From contig DFQC01000025.1 of the NCBI GenBank assembly GCA_002377585.1, positions 1,117-65,116 of the forward strand: a stretch of 64,000 nucleotides of DNA, read 5' to 3'. The stretch comes from Anaerolineales bacterium UBA3499. Lineage in GTDB: Bacteria > Chloroflexota > Anaerolineae > Anaerolineales > UBA11657. Positions within the stretch are counted from its first letter, which is position 1. Each line of letters begins with the position of its first letter. Shown here one piece after another: positions 17,912 through 28,900 of the stretch. The notes below the pieces were generated by a model. The model was not told the origin of the DNA. It saw nothing but the letters and a program-made list of their open reading frames with translations, and made no database searches. A program made the translations under genes and the position numbers.

Positions 17912-19720
17912 CTAATTTTTTCCAATAGCTTCGATATACTCAAGCGACTGGTGTCGAAAGTAAGTGTTGTATAAATCAGCATAATGTCCAGAACAACCCA
18001 TTAAAGTACTGTGATTGCCTCGTTCAATTATTTTCCCTTGACGCATTACAATAATCACATCGGCTGAACGCACTGTAGATAATCTATGAGCAATCAAAAT
18101 ACTGGTGCGGTTCTTGACTATTAAATCAAGAGCCTCTTGAATCTGAGATTCAGTGAAAGGATCAACGCTTGCTGTAGCCTCATCAAGCAAAAACAGGGTC
18201 GGGTCTTGGAGTAGAACTCTATTCAAAGCCACCAGCTGTCGCTGGCCTAAAGATAATCGAGAGCCGCGCTCACCTACATCAGTCTTGATACCATCCGGAA
18301 GAGCATATAGCCATTCTCCATCACCAATACTGTGAGCTACTTCCAATATGTCACTATCACTAGCTTCTGGACAAGCATAACGAATATTATCAGCCAAACT
18401 TCCGGAAAACAGGAATGGGGACTGTGATACTATACCAATTTGCCGTCGATAATCTTGCAAATCAAAAGTGCGGATGTCTCTGCCACCAACACATATAAGT
18501 CCGCTCTGAAATTCGTAAAATCTTGCTAGCAATTTGACTAATGATGATTTGCCGGCTCCAGTATGTCCCACAAGAGCAACACTCTGTCCAGCAGCAATTT
18601 GTAGGGAAAAATCGTTGAGTACTTGCTCATTTTTCTCATAATGAAAGTCCACTTTCTCAAATGTAATATCTCCTGGAATGAGAGTCGAACCAGTACTCTC
18701 AGTTTGTAAGACCATAGATTCTGCATCAATTAGGGCAAACACCCGTTCGGCCGCAGCTAATCCGCCTTGAAACTGGCTCCAGAATGCGGCTAGCTGCATG
18801 ATAGGAAACCAGAAACGATCTACAGTTGATACGAAAAGATACCAGGCTCCAGCTGAAATTAGACCTACACCAGCAGCACGGCCACCTGCATATAACATTA
18901 ACGCTACGCCTATACCCACTAGACCATGTAATACTGGAAATACAGTCGAAAGCACCAAACCTCTCCGAAAGTTGATCCTATACGATTCTGTATTTACTGC
19001 AGAGAATTCTCCGTATATGGAGCCTTCCTGGCGAAAATTCTTCGCAACACTAATTCCTGTGATAGCTTCCTGAATGGCTGAATTTACATTAGCCATAGCT
19101 CTAGTGCCTTGTCTAGTGACCTTACGCGCAATCTTTCTCCACCCTTTAACTAAATAAAACAACAGGGGAGTAAGTACCAATTGTAAACATGCCAAACGCC
19201 ACTCGATTCTAAACAGGACAACTAACAGTACCAGCACTACTGCTACCTGGTTAAGAATATCCCCAACCAATCGCATAGTTTGACCAAATTCATGCGTATC
19301 AGAAGTCACTCTGCTAATGACTTTGCCCGAGATATGTTCGTCATAAAATGCAAGATCATGAAATACCGCTGCTTTAAATGCATCGCTACGCATCTCTAAT
19401 ACGACATCTGCTATCAGTGTAGTAAAGCCTCGGAAACGTATGTAGTTCAACACCCACACAACTACCCCTATGACCATGATTATCGCTATCAATCGAATCA
19501 GTATAGCTTGACCGCCGCCAGATGCTATCTGATCTACTCCTTGTGCTACTATCACAGGAAAAGCCGCGCTTAACAGAGAAAGCAATATTAAAGATACGAC
19601 AACTATAGCCAACCTTACTTTGTAAGGTTGAACGTAATGCCAGATTCTACGAACTAAATCACTATCACTGTAGTGACGATCATATGAATCAGTGGCTAAT
19701 CCACCAAAGACAGATGTCAT
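17912..19720 (-). CDS. ABC exporter half-transporter (TMD-NBD), with degenerate signature LSLGQ
   Basis: Six-TM N-terminal half. GHTGAGKSS, LSLGQRQLVALNRV, LFLLDEATASVD, LIAHRL. Confidence 0.9.
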   Translation of the reverse strand: MTSVFGGLATDSYDRHYSDSDLVRRIWHYVQPYKVRLAIVVVSLILLSLLSAAFPVIVAQGVDQIASGGGQAILIRLIAIIMVIGVVVWVLNYIRFRGFTTLIADVVLEMRSDAFKAAVFHDLAFYDEHISGKVISRVTSDTHEFGQTMRLVGDILNQVAVVLVLLVVLFRIEWRLACLQLVLTPLLFYLVKGWRKIARKVTRQGTRAMANVNSAIQEAITGISVAKNFRQEGSIYGEFSAVNTESYRINFRRGLVLSTVFPVLHGLVGIGVALMLYAGGRAAGVGLISAGAWYLFVSTVDRFWFPIMQLAAFWSQFQGGLAAAERVFALIDAESMVLQTESTGSTLIPGDITFEKVDFHYEKNEQVLNDFSLQIAAGQSVALVGHTGAGKSSLVKLLARFYEFQSGLICVGGRDIRTFDLQDYRRQIGIVSQSPFLFSGSLADNIRYACPEASDSDILEVAHSIGDGEWLYALPDGIKTDVGERGSRLSLGQRQLVALNRVLLQDPTLFLLDEATASVDPFTESQIQEALDLIVKNRTSILIAHRLSTVRSADVIIVMRQGKIIERGNHSTLMGCSGHYADLYNTYFRHQSLEYIEAIGKN

Positions 19721-19721
19721 T

Positions 19722-21515
19722 TCAATTACCCTTTCCTAGTAAATCTTGATCGCCTATGTAGTGCGAGAAGATACGTTTATAGGCAAGCGAATTTTCCATG
19801 AGATCATCATGATTTCCAACATCTGTCACTTGACCCTGTCGAAGAACCACAATGAGATCCGCCCAGCGAATTTGAGACAAGCGATGTGTAATCAAGAATG
19901 TTGTACGACCCTTAGATGCTTCACGAATAGCACTTTGGATCTGGTCTTCAGTCGCACTATCAATCGCACTAGTAGAATCATCCAAAATCAGAATGCTCGG
20001 ATCCGTGAGAAAAGCACGGGCCAAAGCCAGACGCTGACGCTGTCCCCCAGACAGTTTAGTGCCACGCTCACCTATTATGGTCTTATATCCATTCTGGAAA
20101 TCCAGAATGAAATCATGGGCCTGAGCTGCGCGCGCAGCTGTCTCAATCTGCGCCTGGGTAGCACCAGGTAATCCGAATGCTATATTTTCTGCAATACTAC
20201 GTGAAAACAAGAATAAATCTTGCTCAATGATAGAAATTTGTTTTCTCAATGAAGATAGATTCCAATCACGCACATCTATGCCGTCAACAATGACACTACC
20301 ATTTTGGACATCGTAAATTCGGTTTATCAATTTGACTAAAGTCGATTTTCCAGAACCAGTTTGACCAACAAGCGCGATGGTTTGACCTGGAGCTGCACTA
20401 AACGAAATATTTTTTAGTACATTATTGTCTGATGCATATCCAAATGACACATTATTAAACTTAACAGCACCATTGATTACACCTTCATGACCAACCACAT
20501 TCTCATCAAGCTTAGTTTCACCTGTGATCAGCTCCAACATACGCCGTGCTCCCGCCAGACCTAACGCTACCTGAGAATAAGAAAATAAGGATACAAAAAC
20601 TGGAAAACCCAACAAAGACAATAGTCCCATGTATGCCACTACATTACCAACTGAGATAGCACCCGATCTAAACAATGTTACTGCATGCCAAAAACCAAAT
20701 GCATTTGCTAAACCCATTAGTAGTAATGGCATGAAACGCGCTTCTACACAACCTTGATCAACAAAAGCATCGCGGTATTCTTTTGCCTTTTGTAGGAACC
20801 GCTTAGTCTCAGACTCTTCTTGTGCAGCTCCCTTGACTGTCTCTACTCCATCTATCACTTGCGCAAGATGAGCATTAAGGCCTCCAAATGTTCGTCTAAC
20901 TCGCTCCGAGATAGGTCTTAACTCAGCTAAATACTGCCACAATGCAATTACATACAACACCAAAAACGCTAACGGTACTATCATGAGATCCGCATGTATA
21001 TAGAAAGCAAAAATAGCCGGCATAAACAAAAAACTACCCGAACCGATTACCAGATTTAGTCCAGGGTTAAACATAAGATTAATCTCTCGCACATCGTTAG
21101 TTGCACGTGCCATTACATCTCCGACTGCATACATATCGTGAAATGTCATGCTCTTTCCTATTAAGCTAGAATATAACTCATCGCGCGTGTCACGCTCCAT
21201 ACGCTGCCCTATTATCTCGGCTGAGATATTACGCATGAGAATGCCAACCGCTCTAGCTATTTGAGTCAAAAGGACCATTGTCGAAGACCACAAAAGATGC
21301 TCATAATCAGGTTGTGGTTGCGTGCGCACAAAAACATCAAAAGCTGCCCCTATTAGAATAGGTACCCATGCCGCAAGCGCAGCATTAGCAAATGATGGGA
21401 TAATCATGCCAATTACTGACCAGATGTGACGCTTAGAATGTGACATCATCCAACTTAAGGATGAACGCGTGTCGGTTTTTATCTGATCTTTTACTGAAAA
21501 TTCACTATATGTCAT
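19722..21515 (-). CDS. ABC exporter half-transporter (TMD-NBD), with Walker-B ..DD (no catalytic Glu)
   Basis: GQTGSGKST, LSGGQRQRLALARA, ILILDDSTSAID, LITHRL. ATG 21515 (MTYSEF..) is preferred over the track start at 21578. Confidence 0.9.
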   Translation of the reverse strand: MTYSEFSVKDQIKTDTRSSLSWMMSHSKRHIWSVIGMIIPSFANAALAAWVPILIGAAFDVFVRTQPQPDYEHLLWSSTMVLLTQIARAVGILMRNISAEIIGQRMERDTRDELYSSLIGKSMTFHDMYAVGDVMARATNDVREINLMFNPGLNLVIGSGSFLFMPAIFAFYIHADLMIVPLAFLVLYVIALWQYLAELRPISERVRRTFGGLNAHLAQVIDGVETVKGAAQEESETKRFLQKAKEYRDAFVDQGCVEARFMPLLLMGLANAFGFWHAVTLFRSGAISVGNVVAYMGLLSLLGFPVFVSLFSYSQVALGLAGARRMLELITGETKLDENVVGHEGVINGAVKFNNVSFGYASDNNVLKNISFSAAPGQTIALVGQTGSGKSTLVKLINRIYDVQNGSVIVDGIDVRDWNLSSLRKQISIIEQDLFLFSRSIAENIAFGLPGATQAQIETAARAAQAHDFILDFQNGYKTIIGERGTKLSGGQRQRLALARAFLTDPSILILDDSTSAIDSATEDQIQSAIREASKGRTTFLITHRLSQIRWADLIVVLRQGQVTDVGNHDDLMENSLAYKRIFSHYIGDQDLLGKGN

Positions 21516-21637
21516 ATGATCGCGTACATTCAAATAGGGACTTCTAGTAAAGCAATAGCGTCCAATGATGGACGCCAAGTAAATTATAGTCGATTAGCAT
21601 CATGGATGTTACTAACCACGCGGTATAATCTGACTAA

Positions 21638-24418
21638 ATGCTCAATAGAATAACCCTACCCTTATTAACTATTATTACTTTAGCATCTGCGGTGCTGCGG
21701 TTCTATGACATAAATGCTATTCCACCTGGATTGCATTATGACATTGCTGCTAACGCCATTCTAGTAGAAGACATAGCATTTAAAGGTTTCAGACCAGTAT
21801 TCATCAGTGCTTACACAGGCAAAGAAGTCCTATTCTTTTACTCAGCGGCAGCAATTTTTAAAATGATTGGGTCCTCAATATTTGCACTAAAATTCACAGC
21901 AGCTATATGGGGAATAATTACTATCCCAATAACATTTTTCGCTATTAGACAGGTACTCAAACATCACCGACATTCACACTTTATTGCAATTACAGTAGCT
22001 ACATTTGTAGCTTTCTCTTTTACACATCTAGTGTGGTCAAGATTTGGTCTGCGTGCTATCACACAGCCAGCGATACAAGCATTAGCAATCGGATTATTGT
22101 TTCGAGCACTAAGACATAATAAATCTAGGGATTTCTTGCTTTCAGGACTATTGCTTGGGTTGACATTTCACACTTATTTAGCGGCAAGAGTACTACCTCT
22201 GGCATTGTTAATCAGCTGTTTGCCCATCGCTATATCATACCTCAATAAATCTATCAGAAAACAATGGAGACTACCCTTAAGAGGTGATCTGGTGCAATTT
22301 GTATTAGGTTTACTAATAGTGATAATGCCACTGATATTGCACTTCTATCAACATCCTCAAGAGTTTCTTACTCGAATAAACCAAGTTGGTCCAATCGCCG
22401 GAGAAACGGATTTGATAACAAAAGGCATAATAGGTGCACTAGGAATGCTGTTTGTTTCTGGAGAACCCTATGATCGCTTCAATATTCCGGATAAAACATT
22501 GTTTGATCCAATAACAGCAAGTTTGTTTTTACTTGGTCTTTTGATCACAATTTGGAAGCTATCAATTTCTCGAAAAAACAAGAGCACAAGCAATCCAATA
22601 AACACAGCAGCTATGTTGTTGCTTGTCGTCTGGCTGCCTGTTTTTCTGCTACCAACTGCATTGGCGGTACATGAAGTTTTCCCGTCCAACGTGCGTGCCT
22701 TTGGATTGTTTCCATTTATATTCGTTTTTCCCGCAATTGGATTGTTATCATTACTGTCGCCATTGGTATCCCGGTACAACACAGACCAACAAAAATCCAG
22801 TATTTATATGTTTGCTATCGCAATCATATTTACCCTAACCTGTGCTACCACAGTGAAAGATTACTTCCATATTTGGGCAAAACAAGAGACACAATATATA
22901 GTCAATGATGGCGATATAATGCACGCCGCAAAATATATCAACAGTAAGGAAGGTAATTATGAAAACACATATGTTAGTGCAATTCATCACCAACATCCCA
23001 CTATGGCTTATCTTGCTAATCGCTACGAAGACATAATGTGGCTACGTGGTGGAGAAACACTAGTTATTCCATCGATAGGACCCATATTATATGTTTTTCC
23101 ACAATCTGCGTTACCACCCGCAGACTGGATCTCGTCTTGGGAGTCAGCACTAGTTGCATCACCGGCTGACACATCTGGCAACTTAGATTTACTTGCATAT
23201 CATTTCAATACATCTACAGACATTCCACAACTAGAATTTCAATCAGTTTACGCAAAATTTGGACAGGTTGCTGAAATTACAGGTTTCCGAATACCAAAAT
23301 TACAAACCGAAGGCCATCTAAATGTAGATCTAAGAATTAAGATTCTGAATTCAGATAAAAGCGACTATCGATTTGTAGCAGACCTAGTGGATAGATGGGG
23401 ATATCATTGGAGCCAAGGATTTAATGACAGCTTCCAGTCTACTCAATGGCAATCAGGAGATACGATCATTGTCCGTACACAAATCCCTCGAAGAACAGGA
23501 ATGCCTCCTGGACAATATAATTTGGCTGTGACCATTTATTCTCCTAGCAGCAATCTAGCCCTGTCTTCTACATCCCATGATGGCAAAGTATCTAGTACTG
23601 CACAAATAGGGCCAATACAAGTCGCTCCTTCAACACGCACTGACGAGCTACCTATTCCTCAGCATGATAGATCAGACACATTCGGAAATCTTGAGCTATT
23701 TGGGTATGATCTATCTCAGCATGTATATAAACCAGGGGCTATTCTACCGTTATCTTTGTACTGGCGCTCTATCAATCCAACATCTCAAAACCAGAATGTC
23801 ATTTTAATGTTGGACGAACATATAATAGACTCCTCCGAGCCTGCCAAAGGCACTTACCCTACTAGCAAATGGACACCTGGGGAAATAGTCATTGATCATA
23901 GGTATATTAGAATACCTAGGGAAACCACACCTGGGAAATACAACCTTGGCATTAAATCTTCGTTAGATAATGACGCAATCGACAAAGTAATTTTGATGCC
24001 TATAGAAATTGAAAAGATAAATAGAGAGTGGAAAGCTACAATTCAAGAAAACAGGACTGAACATACAATAGGAAATGTGTTCCAGCTAGTTGGATATAAC
24101 ACAAGGTTCGATCAACAATTCAGCATACAACTAAATTGGAAAAGTCTACAATTAACTAATATTGATTATACAGTTTTTGTACATGCTTTTAACTCGGACA
24201 ATATATTAATAGGGCAGAGTGATAGTCAACCAGTAAATAACACATATCCAACTAGTTTGTGGGTACCAAATGAACACGTTGTAGATACTCATTATATTTC
24301 ACTTAATCCAGGAGAATATGACATAAAAATTGGATTGTATCTGCCAGAAACAGGCGATCGTTTAACCCTAAATAATGGTACAGATGCAATCATAATTGAA
24401 AATCTAATCGTTCCATAA
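21638..24418 (+). CDS. GT-C fold glycosyltransferase (family 39/ArnT/PMT-like) with a large C-terminal extracytoplasmic repeat domain
   Basis: About 12 TM segments. The first loop ..LRFYDINAIPPGLHYDIAANAILVED.. is typical of GT39-like enzymes. The C-terminal ~400 aa hold three related modules (YPTSKWTPGE..PGKYNL; YPTSLWVPNE..PGEYDIKIGLY..TGDRL). Confidence 0.6.
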   Translation: MLNRITLPLLTIITLASAVLRFYDINAIPPGLHYDIAANAILVEDIAFKGFRPVFISAYTGKEVLFFYSAAAIFKMIGSSIFALKFTAAIWGIITIPITFFAIRQVLKHHRHSHFIAITVATFVAFSFTHLVWSRFGLRAITQPAIQALAIGLLFRALRHNKSRDFLLSGLLLGLTFHTYLAARVLPLALLISCLPIAISYLNKSIRKQWRLPLRGDLVQFVLGLLIVIMPLILHFYQHPQEFLTRINQVGPIAGETDLITKGIIGALGMLFVSGEPYDRFNIPDKTLFDPITASLFLLGLLITIWKLSISRKNKSTSNPINTAAMLLLVVWLPVFLLPTALAVHEVFPSNVRAFGLFPFIFVFPAIGLLSLLSPLVSRYNTDQQKSSIYMFAIAIIFTLTCATTVKDYFHIWAKQETQYIVNDGDIMHAAKYINSKEGNYENTYVSAIHHQHPTMAYLANRYEDIMWLRGGETLVIPSIGPILYVFPQSALPPADWISSWESALVASPADTSGNLDLLAYHFNTSTDIPQLEFQSVYAKFGQVAEITGFRIPKLQTEGHLNVDLRIKILNSDKSDYRFVADLVDRWGYHWSQGFNDSFQSTQWQSGDTIIVRTQIPRRTGMPPGQYNLAVTIYSPSSNLALSSTSHDGKVSSTAQIGPIQVAPSTRTDELPIPQHDRSDTFGNLELFGYDLSQHVYKPGAILPLSLYWRSINPTSQNQNVILMLDEHIIDSSEPAKGTYPTSKWTPGEIVIDHRYIRIPRETTPGKYNLGIKSSLDNDAIDKVILMPIEIEKINREWKATIQENRTEHTIGNVFQLVGYNTRFDQQFSIQLNWKSLQLTNIDYTVFVHAFNSDNILIGQSDSQPVNNTYPTSLWVPNEHVVDTHYISLNPGEYDIKIGLYLPETGDRLTLNNGTDAIIIENLIVP

Positions 24419-24488
24419 AAACGTTAGTCAATATCACTATACGTAGAATCTGTTAGAATCACACCTATATGCAAAAGGAAATACAAAA

Positions 24489-25157
24489 ATGAACCGATCA
24501 CGAAATCCAAATCAAGCGCCCAAAGCACAGCCTAGTGCTGCTCGATGGATTGTGACTGCAGTAGCTGCAATCGCACTGACCATCCTAATATTCGCATTAT
24601 TACAAACTCAATCAAATGAAGAAAATTTATCGGAGGAATCTTTGATGTCCAATAAAGAATGGTCTAGTCCACCAAAAATGACTATTGACGAGCAAAATGA
24701 ATATACGGCTGTTATAGAAACTGACTTAGGCAACATTGTATTACGCCTTTTTGCTAATGAATCACCTATGACTGTCAACAACTTCGTGTTTCTAGCACAG
24801 CAAGGCTATTATGATGGAGTCATGTTTCATCGTGTGATTCATGATTTCATGGTACAGGGTGGTGATCCAACTGGAACTGGTTCTGGTGGTCCCGGTTATA
24901 TGTTCGAAGATGAAGTAAACAATGGACTGAAGTTTGACAGACCCGGACTTTTAGCAATGGCTAATGCGGGACCCGGCACTAATGGAAGTCAGTTCTTCAT
25001 CACTCATGTGCCTACACCACATCTGACCGGTAATCACACTATATTTGGAGAGGTAATCGAAGGTATGGATACCGTATTTGCAATACCTGAACGTAACCCA
25101 CAAAGAGCACAAGATAGTGGTGTCATTATGAGAAAGGTGACGATAAAAACCGATTAA
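24489..25157 (+). CDS. Membrane-anchored cyclophilin-type peptidyl-prolyl isomerase
   Basis: One N-terminal TM segment. FHRVIHDFMVQGGDPTGTGSGGPGY, LAMANAGPGTNGSQFFIT, HTIFGEV. Confidence 0.9.
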   Translation: MNRSRNPNQAPKAQPSAARWIVTAVAAIALTILIFALLQTQSNEENLSEESLMSNKEWSSPPKMTIDEQNEYTAVIETDLGNIVLRLFANESPMTVNNFVFLAQQGYYDGVMFHRVIHDFMVQGGDPTGTGSGGPGYMFEDEVNNGLKFDRPGLLAMANAGPGTNGSQFFITHVPTPHLTGNHTIFGEVIEGMDTVFAIPERNPQRAQDSGVIMRKVTIKTD

Positions 25158-25220
25158 TGTGTTGTTAAAAAAAACAACCAATCTTTGTATCTTGTACTAA
25201 GCAACACTGCGACCAAAAAC

Positions 25221-25961
25221 ATGAAAACCGCAATCGTGCTACCCACCTATAACGAATCCCAAAACATCGAGGGCATGATCGATGCATTATTAGATCTAGA
25301 AATTGGCCATATCCATGTGCTTATAGTAGATGACAACTCTCCGGATGGTACTGGAGAAATTGCAAATCAACTGGCAGAACAATTCCCAGAACAAGTAGAA
25401 GTAATGCATCGAATTGGCGAACGCGGTTTAGGTAGTGCATATATTGCAGGATTTAATCATGTACTTGAGACGGATGCAGATGCCGTAGTCCAAATGGATT
25501 CGGACTTTTCGCACTCACCACGCTATTTGCCGGAGATGCTAACAAGTTTGAGGGAAAGTGATGTAGTAGTAGGTTCACGCTATGTTACGGGAGGCCGGTT
25601 GGACGAGCATTGGGGCTTGGGACGCCGTTTACTGAGTGTATTTGCTAACAGTATATATACTCGTCTAATATTGGGTCTACATGTACGAGATGTGACTGCC
25701 GGCTTCAAGATATGGCGACGCGGTACACTACAAGGAATTGGCCTACATCGTGTACGTTCAAATGGTTATGTTTTTCAAGTAGAAATGGCTTATCTGTCCG
25801 AAAAGTTAGAGTATCGAGTGAAAGAGATTCCTATATATTTCGAAGACCGACGCATAGGACGCTCTAAAATGTCACAAAAAATTAAATTGGAGGCCGTGTG
25901 GCGCACCTTACAGGTAGCTCAAAGACACCGTCGGTTAACACAGGCTGACCGTCAGAAGTGA
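25221..25961 (+). CDS. Polyprenol-phosphate sugar synthase (GT2; Dpm1/Ppm1/GtrB-like)
   Basis: IVLPTYNESQNI, VDDNSPDGT, VQMDSDFSH, GSRY.. Stop overlaps the next gene's start (GTGA). Confidence 0.85.
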   Translation: MKTAIVLPTYNESQNIEGMIDALLDLEIGHIHVLIVDDNSPDGTGEIANQLAEQFPEQVEVMHRIGERGLGSAYIAGFNHVLETDADAVVQMDSDFSHSPRYLPEMLTSLRESDVVVGSRYVTGGRLDEHWGLGRRLLSVFANSIYTRLILGLHVRDVTAGFKIWRRGTLQGIGLHRVRSNGYVFQVEMAYLSEKLEYRVKEIPIYFEDRRIGRSKMSQKIKLEAVWRTLQVAQRHRRLTQADRQK

Positions 25962-28900
25962 AGTCTAACAAATTCTTTAGTAATTTGATCGTACCTCTGG
26001 CTTTAATACTGCCACCTCTGTTGTTATTTGCTAGTGTAACTATAGGTAACAAAACAATAATACCTACAGATAATTTGGTGCAATTTGAGCCTTGGAAAGC
26101 TGCCGCTGCTAGTTCTTTGATACAAGCCCCTCAAACCCCTTACAACGCCCTACTTTCTGATCTAGTGCTAGAAAACTACGCATGGAAACGTTTCATCAAC
26201 CATGCTATTGAAACACGACAAATACCATTATGGAATCCTTACTTGTTTGCTGGCACACCATTTCTTGGCAATGGCCAGCATTCCATGTTCTATCCATTCA
26301 GCGTATTTTTCTACTTCTTACCACTCGCGAAAGCATATGGTTGGTTTATTGTTTCACAATATGTCTTAGCTGGCATCAATATGTACCTATTTGCCCGAAC
26401 GCTACAGATTGGGCGCTGGGGTTCATTAATCGGTGCGACCATCTACCAAATTAGCTTATTCATGATAGTAAGTGCTGTATTTCCTATGATAATAGCGGGT
26501 GCGGTATGGCTCCCTATGATATTGGTCGCAGTGGGAGGACTAATACATCAAAAAACACTTTTTAGGAAATATTCGTTTATACCCTGGATTTCTTTAGGCG
26601 CAATATCAATAAGCCTCCAGCTACTAGCTGGACACCCGGAAATTGTCGCCTACTCGCTACTAATAGCAAGCTTATATGCAGCCTGGCATTCATTGAAATT
26701 AATCTTTAGTGACCATAGAGAAGATCTTCTACGGATTATATTTCATATGGGCTTAATGATAATTTTAGGCATTCTACTGGGTGCTGTACAGTTATTTCCA
26801 TTATTGGAAGCAGCTTCCAATAATTTTCGTGTGGATACAGCAAGCCTGACAGAAGTGCGTGAATGGGGCTACCCTGTCAGAAGACTAGTAACACTATTAA
26901 TACCAAATTTCTTTGGCAATCCTACCCACCACGCCTATTTTGACTGGTTCACTCAAGATTGGACACCAGTTCGCATCAATGCTCTAGGAGAGAAAATTGC
27001 CACGATCGACTGGGGTATGAAGAATTATGTTGAGGGCGGAATGTACGTAGGCATACTACCCCTTTTATTAGTGATAGTAACATTTACTAAACACTTTTAT
27101 AAAAGAAACATTCAGTCAAGCAAACGCTCAGATATTGGGTTCTTTTTTGTGCTATCTGCGCTAAGTTTAGCTTTTGTGTTTGGCACACCACTGTACGCAT
27201 TGATTTATTACCTACCAGGCTTGGGTCAACTACATTCGCCCTTTCGTTGGGTTTGGCCTTTGAGTATATGTTTAGCTACATTGGCAGCCTATGGCAGCAA
27301 CGAAATAATTCAATCCAAACACTCTGACAAAAAAGTCGTCTATCTTCTTCTAGCTCGAATTTCTATGTGGATTGGATCTATAGTGACAATTGGGGTTTTT
27401 CTGTGTTACATATTTTTTAACTCGTTAGAACCATTATTCGAACAAGCTTTATGGAATCTGGCAAAAGCAAGCAATTCCTTCGCCAACGCACGTATGTTTT
27501 TCTCCTACCAATCCCGTTGGGTATTGCAATTTGGAATAATATTTAGTCTTAGTGGATTCGTTCTGTGGAAAACCATTGCATCCAAACATAGAATGTGGAA
27601 GTACAGTCTATGGTCGATTATTGTAGTGGATCTATTTTTAGCAGGTCAAGGATTTAACCCTAGCAGCAATCCTAAAATACTCGATTACAAACCACCAATA
27701 ATAGAATTTTTGCACGAGGATGAAAGCCACTGGCGCTTTACCACCTATGATCCAAATGGGAGCAAGACCCTTAACGCTAATGCAGGTTGGTTATTCGACG
27801 TAGAAGATGTGCGTGGTTATGACTCTATAATACCTGCCCAGTATGTTGATTATATGCAACTGATTGAGCCGCAGAATGAACTGCAATATAATCGTATCTC
27901 CCCAATCACCACCTGGCAGGGACTACACTCTCCATTACTTGATTTGTTGAATGTCAAGTATGTCATTAGTGAGCAAAAGATCAATAGTCCAGAGAAGTTT
28001 GAATTAGTGTATGAAGGGGAAACACTAGTATATGAAAACCAACAGGTCATACCACGCGCCTATACACTTCCCGCTAGTTGCATCACTACAACCAATGATC
28101 TGCAATCTACTCTACAAGAAATTAACCCGCACCATGTCATAGTTTTAGATACACAGGACATTTCTAATTCCCACTCGCTAACCGCAGCGGCAACATGTCA
28201 GATAAAGCCTGCGCAAATAACTTCGTCACGACTTAATGAAGTGCAAATTGAGGCGCAACTATACCAGCCTGGATATCTAGTGTTGACAGATTCATACTCC
28301 GCTGGATGGCAAGTCTTTGTGCACAGTGAAGTAAACGAGGTAGAGACTAGAGTCGAACTAATAAGAGCCAATGGCAACTTCCGAGCATTATACTTAGAGC
28401 AAGGTAAACACTATGTGCGTTTCAATTATAGTCCGCTCTCCTTTAGACTAGGCGGTGTAATATCAACAATATCCATTGCTACATTGTTGATATTTGCAAC
28501 CATCTGGCTATGGCAAGTCTTCTATAAAGATAAAAAGACATCATCAGAGGCAAATATCGTCGCTAAAAACAGTCTAGCACCTATGGGATTCAATCTACTA
28601 AACCGCAGTATAGATTTCATTTTTGCAATGTTCTATCTGCGCATACTAGGACCCGCTGAATCTGGCAATTACGCAACTGCCATAGTAATTATTGGATGGT
28701 TTGAAATCTGGACTAATTTTGGTCTCAATACTTGGTTAACTCGCGAAGCTTCAAGAAATCTCGACTCTATAAACCAATATCTATCTAACAGCACTATCTT
28801 CCGGATAGCACTAGGGTTATTAACCATGCCACTATTTCTTGGAGCTATAGTTATCTACCAAAGAAATACCGGTTTGCTAGGTAGCGACACTGTGTTAGCA

